DNA of 64,000 nucleotides from Orbicella franksi. Lineage: Eukaryota. The translations under genes were made by a program, and so were the position numbers. Numbering within the stretch: the stretch's first letter is position 1; each line of letters begins with the position of its first letter. Under the pieces are notes generated by a model that worked only from the letters and a program-made list of their open reading frames with translations, was not told the origin of the DNA and made no database searches. This document shows positions 11,761 through 24,200 of this stretch, piece after piece. Where the stretch lies: contig OZ116698.1 of NCBI GenBank assembly GCA_964199315.1, positions 10,540,001-10,604,000 of the forward strand, in the 5' to 3' direction.

Positions 11761-12256
11761 AGGACCATGTTCATTACTTGATTTCTCAGGTCTACTTTGT
11801 CCCAACTGACACACTGAAACTTTTAGTGACTCTGACGCTTCTTTGTATTTTGCTTGCCTGTCTTGTCGGTCTGCCAGTTCACGGACCTTCACGGCGCGAT
11901 GTGTGCAAGAGCCAAAACGTTAGAAAGGAGTGCAAAAAGCCGATTAGAATTTAATACTAGTACTAGCTACAATTTCGTCGTAGGCCGACTGTCGTGACTT
12001 TTGGGATAAAACCACAGCGTATTAAGAAAGTTTCGGAAATTATGATAAGGACACAAGCCCCGTAAATATGCAAGCTTCAAAAACATGTTGTGTCAACGGT
12101 TGTATGAACTGAATCAAGTCAAGAAATAATTGGTCATTCTTAAACACCTCTAACAGCTCCACTTGCATACTAGCTTTGAAGAAGATGTGCAGGCCTAGGC
12201 AAGTTGTGCCAGGAACATGCACTTTGTTGCTGCGAGTGCCAACTACACAATTTAAC

Positions 12257-15200
12257 ATGAAGCTCTGTTGCACTGTTATCTATATTGTGTGCATGACTTC
12301 AGAAGTTATGATGAATTCGCCCACTTCTCGAGGTATGACCGGTATTTTACCCAATTTAATTAATTTACACGATATATTGAACATAGAGGGTATTTGTGTA
12401 GTAACCATCGACCTATTGTATTCCCGCCCCCCGTGTATGTTACACCAAAAGATGAGCAAAGCTGTTCAGTTTAATTGCTAAAAATGTTGTGCCCTGTTGA
12501 CAGTGGTTAAACTATAACATTGCAGCAAATTTGGAAAGTTGGAAAGCATCCCCAAAGCATGAAAGGGCTAACTCTCAAAATGTCAGCTTTCCGAATTTTG
12601 TACTGCATTTAACCTACAGCTGTTAAATTAATTAACCATCTGTTGGACCAAAAGATACAATTTAAATTTTCAGCCTTTAGACTTCACAAATCTGTTCATA
12701 TTAAAATGTTGCTACCGTTTCTATCCATTTTGACTGTTAGTTTTAAAAAGCTGAGCTGATGTTTGGATACTTGAATATATTTCATCCTTACTCTTGATTT
12801 ACTTATTTCACTGTCAGCAAAACTAGAAAATTTGGACAAAGAACAGTTGTGTAGTTTATTGCATTCTGTTGGAACTTAGTTGACATTTCTAGTTATTATT
12901 GAAATAAAAGAGCAACAACAAATGAATAAACGGAAAGTCAATAAATATCCCCCATTGGCTGGCTTTATTCAACTTTCGTCTGAAAAACACTGGATTCCCA
13001 ATTATTTATTTTGTGGCCACAATTTACATACTCAAATGATATTTATGATAGCTGATTGAGAAAGAGCCATCTTATATGAACCCATTTTTTTATAATTACA
13101 TTACATTCATTTCATTACATTTAAAAAACAGGAACTTTTACACGCATACTGTAAAGTACTTACTTACATTACATACTACTTGACTCTACACCTACATTGT
13201 AGATTACACTACCACACACTACTACTTACTACCAAGTAAGTTACTTAATTACTTTACATACTACTTGACACCACTTTACATCCACATTGCATACTACACC
13301 ACTACACACTAATACACTACTTATACTTAACACCCAAAAAGGAAATAAATAAATAAATAAATAAATGAATAAACAAATAAGGTTTACAAGGCTTACAATA
13401 CTACATAAGCTTTCTAACAATACAGAAAAAAGTGTCTATACGATAAATATACAATAAAAAATATACAAATAAGTGTCTCTAATAAATGAGAGGGGCTTTC
13501 ACTTTCCTTCCTGGATTTTAAGTCAGTTGTTCTTTGTGGCCATAGATCGTTCAATGGATTCTATGTGATCTAATTTTATCATGAGATAACGTAATGATGG
13601 TAAATTATTGTTCAGACAGCTGTTGTAGATAACTAGTTTTCCAGCGATGGTATGATTTAAAAGCAACCAATGAGACCTTTTTTGCGACAATCCAAAAATT
13701 ATGTCACAGTTGTTTAGAGAATCAATAGTAATGTGCGAGGATTTAAGCCAAAGAACAACAGACATCCAAAATGCTACAATGAAATCACACCTGCAAAAAA
13801 GGTGCTCAAGAGATTCATCTGGAATTTTGCAAAAAGTGCAGAGGGGTGAATTCATTTTCATTTTGTATAAGGATTTGTTAGTATAAATTATTTGATTTAT
13901 TTACTCATTATTTTATGAACCTCTTAGTTATAGTTTTTAATACTTTTAAAATAATTTAGAGTAGAGTTACTTGAGAAAACTTTTTACTCGAGTGGCGGAA
14001 TGTAACTGTATTTAATATATACACAAAGCTGTGGTCTAAGGAAAGTTACAAGGAACCCAAAAGATTCCTAACTATGAAATCCTGGGCGCTCAGCACTTAC
14101 ATTTGTATGAAAAAGGTAAGTTTTTTCAGTCACTCAAAGACAAAAGTTAGTCACCTGTGGCACCCAGGCACTTCTAGGGCACAGCCCTGATACAAGTAAC
14201 AGATTTGACATTGATATTTAACTTGTTTTATACCCAGTACCCAGTGCTCCTCCAGCTAATGTCCATCTGCAGTTAGTGGGTTTGTCATCAATCACTGTGA
14301 AGTGGGAACCTGTTCCTAAAGGTTCAAGAAATGGTTTCTTGAGAGGATACCGAGTGAGATATCGACAGACTTTCAGCAATGGAACTGACGGTGAAATCAA
14401 AACTCTATTCATGATGTGGGTTGTCACTAAAGCCACTTTAACTGAACTCGAGAAGGCTTCTGTATACAAAATTGAAGTAGCTGGGGTTACGTTAGCAGGC
14501 ACTGGGGTTTATTCAGAGCCAGTCACAGCTCGGACACGTAAGCTCAAAACTGTTTAATTTTAAAATTGAATGGAAGTACTTGAAATCGTAAAGACATTCA
14601 TGCCAACGTTTCCTTCCTGTTTCAAATCAATGTGCTTGTTTTATTTTGCAGATGATGATCCTTGTACCTCTGGTCTGTGTCTTAATGGAGGCACATGCAT
14701 AATTGACCAATTAAGTGACTCCTCCAGTAATTTGTTCCACTGTGCATGTGCTGTGAATTTCACTGGTGAACTTTGCTCAGACTTCAAGAGTGGTAAGTGA
14801 AATTTATTACTTATGGCAAGATATGGTTGGAATAACCATTGCTGATGGAAACACACCTCAATCCAAGTGGTAAAGTTTATTACTTTTCAGTCTAGTCAGG
14901 GTCAGTTTCTTAGGTCCATACCAGTTCAATATTTCTGTACTCCTTCCTTTGTTCCTTAATTCTGTTTCTTCGTTCTTCAATCCCCAGAGTCTGTCACTCC
15001 TTCCTTCCTTCCTTCCTTCCTTCCTTCCATCATTCCATTCTTCCATTTATCTATCTGTCCATCTATCCATCCTTAAATGTTTAGACGACACAAACCTAAC
15101 ATTCTCAAGTTTCAGTCTGCCAGTTTTGCAAGATAAAATGAGTAAGGATCTTAAAGAAATTGCCATCTGGCCTAATGTGAACAATCTTACCCTTACTCTG

Positions 15201-18200
15201 CTGAAGACAGATTTCATTTTAAGAGATCGGGTCTAGACAGAGAATTGCTGCTCTTGATGGTAATATAGAACTTTCCTTGTCCAGTAAGGATATAGGGCAA
15301 GTGGAATCCACTAAATGCTTAGGTGTTAGTATTGATAAGAACCTGACGAAGTATGGCCACTTGCAAAGCATAAAGTGACCTCTAATTTAAGAATTCTGAA
15401 AAAGGTTAAGCCATTTCTAAAAAGTGAGAACCTTGTTTTATAAAGGTCAATTATTGAACCTTATTTCAGTTACTGTTGTATAGTGTGGGATTCAGTAGGT
15501 GACACTTAAAGCAACAGTCTCTAAAGGCTTCAAAACAGAGCAGCTCATATTATCACTGGTGCTTCATGTTCTAAACCCTCTAGGGAAATTTTTAATGAAT
15601 TGGGCTGGACCCAATTAAATTCCATGAGGCGATTTCACAAGGCTATTTAATGATGTTTAAAATTGTTAAAGGCCTGGCACCTCCATACCTTACCCAAATG
15701 TTTACTTTTAATTACACATACCCTAAATAATTAAGGTCTGAGATCTTCCAATTTCGACCTTGAACTGCCTAAATGTAGAACCAATTGTTACAAGAATAGC
15801 TTTGCATTTAGTGGCGCTAAGGTCTGGAATGCTCTCCCTCACCATCTCAAAGAGGAAACATCTTTGAATAAGTTTAAAAGTGAGTTAAAAAAAGGTTTAC
15901 TACTGGCATCAGTTTAGACAACTAAATAGTTAGCTTCACCTCGTAATATTTGCTTCCATAAGTTGCTTATATTTCAAGCTACTTGCTGTAATAAACTAGT
16001 GATGTATGTAATTGGGAATTGTACAGATTTTATGGAAACCAAATTTTAACTTGTACATTTTAATTTGATAAAGCTCCTTGTTTAAATAAAAGATTCCATC
16101 CATCCATCCCTTTTTATTTATTTATTTATTAATTTGTAGAACTTATTTATATATATTTAATTAATTAATCATTCATGTGTGCATTAATTCATAATTCATA
16201 TTTTATAATTTTTGAAACTTCGCTTTTTTATTTATTACTATTTATGGCATTTCAAAGTCATCTTGACTCAATTATCACGTGGAGAAAATAATGGGGTTAA
16301 GATGACTCCTAGTCTCCTTTCATTTACTTTTGTAAGTAATTGTGGTGGAGCTCCTGTGCACCAAAGGGACGTGAGCAGAGCCCCATGCCTTACAAAATTT
16401 GTCACGTGACTGTCTGTATGTGCGTACATACATCCATCTGTATGCCAATACCTTGAAGAAATAAGAGAGTAGCACCATAATATACCATAGCTACATCTTT
16501 GATTTTGGGCATCCATGTTATGGTTAACTGACAGCTGTCAAAATAAGCTATCTGTTGACTAGTATCACGTGACCATATCATAGGCTCAGGTTTAGAGCTC
16601 ATCAAGGTCACATGTTTTTTTGAAGTTGACCGCTGACCAGAGACTAGTTTTTTTTTGATTGGATTGCGGGCTCAATTCAGGTTATTACCCTGGGGGAGAA
16701 GGAGGGAATATGTGCAAGGCAAAATTTTGATGCAAATTAACCCCTGGCACATTGTTGACTTTTCTTCCAACATGTTCCTTGCACAATCGTCTTGTCAGTT
16801 TTTAAAATTTAACTGGAAAAAATGACAAAACCACTAGCTGACCAATTAAATGCTCACAATTGATCATTTTTTGAGTTTCTGTTCCAAGAAAAACAAATAC
16901 TCTTGTTTCTTTATGGTTAATTAGTTATTGCAGTCAGGAGCTCCGCTTTAGGCTTGGCTAAATCTATGTATAATTTATTCATTATATATTTACTGATTTA
17001 TTTATATATATTTACTTCAATTAGACCTTCCATGCAACAGCCCAAATGTGAGTCTCCCTAGTTTATCTCCAGATGTTTCTTCAGCCTTGGACATTTACCG
17101 TTCAAGCCAGTTTATAATCCAGTCTGATGTAGGTCTCGATTGTGAGTTGTCTCCTAGAACCACATTCATATGGAATGTTTACCAACTTAACGTAGAAGAG
17201 ATACCAGTACTTTCAAGAAACAGCTCCCCTGAGCTGCGAATCACCCCACGTTTATTACCAATAGGTGTTTATTTGGTGCGACTCACTGTTAACATGCTGG
17301 AAACACCGGTGTTTGGGGTCGGTCAAGGTTATTTCAAGGTAATCAGTAGTCCTCTGGTTGCAATCATTGCTGGGGGAAGCAAGGTGGCAAGAGGATTCAA
17401 TAGGACTCTTGTTTTTAATGCTTCCATGTCATATGATCCTGATGAGGGGAATCAGCATTTATTAAGTAAGTAATTTAATTTATTAAATGGTTGCCATTTT
17501 ATAATACTGATGTAATTAATTCTGTAAATAACGTGCAAAAAAAAGTTGTCTGATTGATTGATTGATCAGACAATCTCTGTAGTTTTGGTGAATTCACAAT
17601 ATTAATGCTTGACTTTCACGATTTAACATATTTGGACTTGTACGTAGAATTAATGATAACTTACGGAATTAGCACTTTGGACTACTTGCACTTATAAATG
17701 AAAGAATGCACTATCGATGACAGACTGACAGGATGATCAAGACAGACTACTGGAATAAACTGACTGACTGACTGACTGACTGACTGACTAACTGATGAGA
17801 CCTGGACTAAATGAATGAATGACTGAATGAATGAATATATGACTGACTGACTGAATGAATGAATGAATGAATGAATGAATGAATGAATGAATGAATGAAT
17901 GAAAGGGAAAAGGAGTGACACATTATATTAATTAATTATTGGTGAATTCATCAATAATTAAAAGATTATCATCATCATCATCATCACCACCACCACTAAT
18001 TTTACTTTTGAATCTTTCACAGCTCTCAATTTTACATGGTTGTGCAGACAAGAGTCAGGTCAAGGAGGCTGCTACAAGACTGGTGACATTAAGGTAGAAT
18101 CCAGTGAACCTTTACTGAAATTAAACAGCAGCCTGATGATGGAGAACAGTTCATACTTTTTGACAGTTTTTGTTAAGAAGGATGTGAGGCAAGTTGAATA

Positions 18201-21200
18201 CACTCAGGAAGTGTTTATTGTTCCAGGTGATCCACCAGAAGTACAGATAAGGTTTGTTACATGTACGTAATAGTTAATTACATTGCATTAAATTAAATTG
18301 TAATAAGGCTAACTCATTATTCTTGTTTTGATCTAAATTACCTAAAGAAGACATCACATAAAATTATAAAATTAAAAAATTGAAATTTAGAAATAAAAGT
18401 ATAAAATTTTGCTAAATTATATTTTCTGGGGAATCATCTGCACAGCATTGTCAAGGTAACTGGGTTACTTGCAATACCATTTAGGAGATAAAAAATTATC
18501 GCATACTGCAATATTGTACTTCAAAATGTCCTTGTGGTGATGCAGGCATATGCAGAGTATGTTTTCAAAGTAAGCCACTATAAACAGGAACGTGCCATCA
18601 GGGAAAGGAAACTGAAGTTTTAATAATTCCTTTGTCTTAGGTGTGGCTCTTAACTGGGTAACATTACTTGTAAGAGTGATCGTTAACAGAGTTAACTGTA
18701 TTGACTGCTGTGCAGTGTTACCTTTGTTAGGAGTGAAACTGAACAGCATCCATGCCCCTCAAAAAATGTATTCTGGTACTTTGTAGGAATTTAAGTCTTT
18801 TAATATTGAAGCCCCCTCTGGCATGGGGTGGGAAAAGGGATTGATACTGATAGGCCTGAGGCCAGACAATTGTGGAAGTAAAACTATAGAAAAAATTACC
18901 TGGTTCTAAGTTCCTCATAAAAAAACCCAGTAATTTTAAAAGACAAGGGATGCCTTAAGCTGCCTGTACCATTGTTTACTGACAGAAAAAAAATTCTTTA
19001 CTGACAGTTTGAAGGCGGTTATGAATTACTGCGACAGTGGTTTAATCATGGAGAGCTTGAGGTCAAATAATACCTTTTTGAAACATCTTATTAGCCCATT
19101 GAATGTTATCTTTATTGTTTCCTTCTTTGAGTGGTAATCACTTGGAAAAATGGGTCAACCTTGGAAAAAAACACTTAGAAACATCAGCTAAAAAGACTTA
19201 ATATCCCCCCCGTGGGACCCCCCTATGAAAAGGTTGGGTATCTCAAAGTCTCGCTTAGAGTGTAAATCAAGGATTTTGGTCTCAATTTAAGGGTGTTCAG
19301 GATGAAACGCCACTATTGTAAACTGTCAAAGCATCTTTTAGGGTGCACTCGAAGAGATGACAATTAAAAAACATTTTTTCCGTTTTTAGGCAAGATTTTC
19401 ACCACTCTCTGTAGTCCGGTCTACTAGCTCGGGCTACCTTCCCGAATAGCGGCTGGAAATCAATCCTATCTTTTAGGTGTCAAATAAAGCTCGAGCCACG
19501 CCCAGAATTGTTCTCCTTTACGGGTTTAATTCAAATTTTCTGACAAGCATCCTCGACTTTTAATATGGGAGTTCCACCGGGCTAAAAATTCAGCCAATCA
19601 GAGTCTCATTCTGTATTACCTTGTAATTTAACAGCTGCGTGGATAACTGTGATGTTAAAATGAACCCATCCGGTAGAATTGCTCTACAAGGAATCTGTGC
19701 GGGCGCTTCGTGTGGAGGCACTCTTACTTACAAATGGTCCCTTTTCCAAGACACAAGCAACACCTCCAACAAGACCCACTGGGCTGAGATCTCGGAAATA
19801 CAGCAATTGTTAAGTACCAGATTGTCATCAACAACCCTGGTCACTTACCCTCGAATATTGGCGCCAGATGTCCGGTACAAGTTTGTGTTGACTGCCCAAC
19901 GGCAAGGTGGATATCCGGGATATTCCGAGTACAAGGTGACTGTCAACAGTCCCCCTGTCGGGGGAACGTGTGAAGTCAGTCCAGCATCCGGGGTCACTCT
20001 TACAACAAAGTTTACTTTTACGTGTACTGACTGGCAGGACCCTGATCTTCCGTTGCAATACGAATTTGTTTACTTCACAAATAACGACCTTCTGAATGTG
20101 GTCTACCAAGGGGTGCAAACGAGTAAACAGACGAACCTTCCTCTTGGGGAAAAGGCAAATAACTTTACTATTGACTTTCGAGTGCGAGTGGTTGACATGT
20201 TTGGAGCCTTTACTGAAGTGACGATTCCTGTTCAGGTAGGAAAGACTTACCACTGAATAAGAAACTTTACAACACAATTTGAAACTCTTCAAAGGCCCTG
20301 TGCACACTAACGCTACCACAACCTCGTCTCCAGATCACTACCGTATTCGCAGCGTTTTTCCTTCTGATACGCTGTGAGAAAACAATTCAACCGTCATTGA
20401 CGCATGTTACAGATTGACGCGAGAGCGAAGTTTGCCGCATTTCTGATTTCAGAATGTCTCCTTTCTGTACAGCGTTTTCAAAATTATGCTTTATATGCGA
20501 TAGGCGCCTACCAGTTTTTTTGTGTGAACGGCAGAACTTTAAGAAGTTGGCTTTTTCAAACGATCGAAAACGAATTAATCTGGTTGGGGCCAACGTTTAC
20601 AGAAAAGTGCATACCTATAAGGAGGTTTGACAATTTTTGACAATGCTCAATGCTACGTTTTGAGTGTTTCGTTTCAACGGTTTTGGTTTGGCTGTCGCAT
20701 AATAAGTGTTCAAGCTATTTTTTTCGAATGAAATTCATTATGATTCCCTTCCAAGGATGGGATCTGTAGAGTGTATACAGGAAAGAGAAGTTGACAGGAT
20801 ACAATTTCAAGCGAAAAACACCTTTGTTCAAGACTATGTTATAAAAGTGTTGTCTGGATGATTCAACATCATTGTTCTCAAAATACGTTTTGATTAGTCA
20901 TGATCAGTTTTCTTCCGAATGGCTTGGTTCAAGTAGCCGCACTGTAATACTGACCTGGCGTTGTTTTCGGTTGAATAACAGGTGACGGAACCCAGGCTCG
21001 AGGCGGCAAATCTGATGGACGTTGTCTCGAACCTGACAACTGGAGACGGAAGTGAACTGACTTCTTTAATCCAGTCAGGTGACCTGTCAAGTGCTGTTCA
21101 ATTGGCTACAGCAGCCATTGCGGCCGTTGATGTTGCTGCACAAACTCAGACAGAGAATCAGGATGATCAGACTGAGAAAAGGATTGCGGTAATTCTCGTT

Positions 21201-24200
21201 GAGGAAACTCGACCTTTTTATAAACTGCAGGGAACGGGGACTGTGGTGTTGTAACTGCTTCTGACCAGTATTACAATGGCACTTGATTGTTGTCTAGCAG
21301 TTACTCAGGCAATGACAGACCATGACGAATGAATCGTTTTAGAAACTAACACGAAAGGTTTTTGAACGAGGTATAGGTCAAGAGTCAAGTACAAATTTGC
21401 CCCGTGAAAACGAACATTCAAACAACTAGAGGCACGTTTTCAATACGCCAGGCATCTGTTCCTGCTTTGGGATTTTGGGATAATGTTATGTTAATACTAT
21501 CTCAAACTTGGTGACAAAATTGCTATATGTGCGGCCAGCAACCCGTACATATAAAGAGCTTTATTAGGATATAATAATACAGGTTAAGAGTGCATCACAC
21601 ATCGGAAATAACGACAAACCCAACTTGCTCATTCTGTCTATTCTAAAATGAAACCTGGTGTACTATCAACCCTATTTTTTTGCACCAGGTCTCTCATCTC
21701 GAAACAACGGTATTAAGATATCTTATACCCAGCACTAAATGATCTCCGGTGCAATAGCGTAGCGCATCTTTTCTCGTATATTTTTTTCTTGGCAGATGAA
21801 ATCCAACATCGTGCAGCAGTTATCAGCTGTTCAAGTAGAGACTGTGGCTAGAGTCCAGCAGGTGTCAAATGTGATTGCTCAGGCAACTTCGGTCATCAGT
21901 GAGGTTACGGTCGAAGCTCAGGTAATTAAATGACACTGGAACGGTATCATAATCACATTGCATCGGTTTATTGATGATAACGAGACAACACATCTCGGAG
22001 GTAGTCTTCTTTGCAACTAACAGCTGTGTTTCGTCCACCTGTTGACATTTCTACTGCTGCTGATCACTTCAAAAGCAATGATTTAATAGCCTATCGTTTT
22101 TCCTTTTTCTTGTCTACTTTTCAGAAGCTTGCAACAGACGCTCTTCAAAAGATGACTGTAGTGTTTAAAAAGGAATCTACTGCCGGGGAAAGTTACGAGA
22201 CGCTATTTGATGGTGCCAAGAGTCTAGTGACTGGTCTCGCAAGCATTCTACGAGTGTCATCACATGAGGCAAGAGTATACGATTCTGAGTCGCTCAATGA
22301 GTCTCCCACCAGGGACAGCTTCATAGCCGCGCCAGATGCGCAAAACTTACGCAAATACCAGACTGAACGAAATTATGGAAAAATTAAGACTTCATTGTTA
22401 TCATATCTCTTATTAAAAAGGATGAAAAGAAATGCAGATTATGGAGAGTCTGAAGCACAGCCGCAGGTATGGTTTTTTATTGAATAGGACAGCGATATGA
22501 TAGTAATCATGGGAATAATGAAATAAAAGAAACGAAACGACGAAAAAGCAAGGTGGATAGGACAATTCCAAGCACTCCCATATCCAAACCCTATTTATGA
22601 CAATGTTGTGTGACTAAGTCGTTTAGTCGAATAAGGTTTTCTTATATTACATGCATTTTCTAGGCTAAAAACCAAGTAGGGAGTATCTTCTACGCTCTGG
22701 AGGAAGTCGGAGGCACGATTTTGTCCCGAACTCTCGTCGGAGAATCGCCGAGTGAATTTTCAACGCAGTCGATGTCTCTGCTTGTTTCCCGAGAGGATCC
22801 TGGCTTGCTAGCTGGTTCTGTTTTGTCCAGCAAAGGGAGTAGTTTCACTTTACCTTCAATTCCAAACTTGTTTGGTAGTGACACGCAGTTTGTCGATAGC
22901 CAGGTAGGCACGAACTAGTACTGGTAATATATACAAATGATGTCATGGTACCCTCGAGCACTATTTATTATTGTTAGCTCTTTGTATATTCTGATATCTT
23001 GCTTTTGAAATTGTGATCAGTTTCCCCAAATCAGTGTTTTACCGTGATGTTAAATGTAACGCGCAACATCTATTTGATTATTTTCGGTTTTCTCAGTTGC
23101 TCTAAAGGTAAAGGGCAGTTAAGATTAACTGTGTATCTATGTAAAAATGATATGCCTTAGTGAATAGTTATCTGTTGCATACTGAGATACTGAGAGTAAG
23201 AGTGATTTTGGGAAATGTTTTTGGGAAAAAAAATGCCTTGCTTGTTTTGCACCAGTGGTGATTGTTTTCCCATATCTATGTTATATCACGCAAAATCGAT
23301 GAAACCGGTTAGATTACGTTCAACGAATTAAAGATGTGTTTTCTCTCGGCACCTGACAGATGACTACAACGAACTTCATGCCTTTCTCCTGGGACTCCTC
23401 TGGTGCACGAGTGACTACAGGAGTGTCAAGCCTTGTACTAAAGAACAGCACTGGACATGTATTAAATATGACAGAACTGGAATCTCCGATATCTATCAAG
23501 CTTCCTAACACTCATGATTTGACAAACAGTTCCCGATCCCATTACGTTAAAACAAACAGAACTGTTTTCCACAAGATCAATGTAACGCAGTCAGGTATGA
23601 CTCTGGTGCTAAAGGTGCGTCCAGAAAACAACGCAGCAGAGTTCTTGATGTCGGTTAAATACGGGGAACGGCCGTCTCCTAGCGACAGTGACCTCAATAA
23701 GACAATACCTGATTTTTCATCGTGCGTGTCTATTTCATCTGGGTACGTGAACTGCTCAAGCGATCCGTATACAGTGTTGGTAAATAATGTTATCGCTGGG
23801 AAAATAGGATACTATTTCATTGGGATAACAGCTAAGGCAAAGATTTCTGGAACATCTCGAGTCAAGCGCTGCCCAGGCCCGGGACGGTCAAAGAAGTCTT
23901 GTGTGCAGTACAAGGAGCCGCCCACTGCAGGTGCCACCTATCACGAACCTCAGTACCTCACTGGAGATGAAAACTACACCATACAAGTGATACCAGCTGC
24001 TTGTCTGTACTGGAACAACGAAGCGTCTGAGTGGACAACAGAAGGATGTGAAGTGAGAAAGGGACATTATTATAACTGTGTAGAAGTAGAAATTGGTCAT
24101 CACCCCAAGTCGGTCGAGTAGGTCCTGTCGTGCCCTTAACTATAGTAAATATACTATAGAATGTCGCGATTTTTTCTGTTTAAACAGTGATGCATAGTTT

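Noticed and set aside
16250-16960. Possible non-autonomous Helitron-like element
   Set aside because: It looks repeat-derived, but I could not define termini, TSD or hairpin from this window alone.
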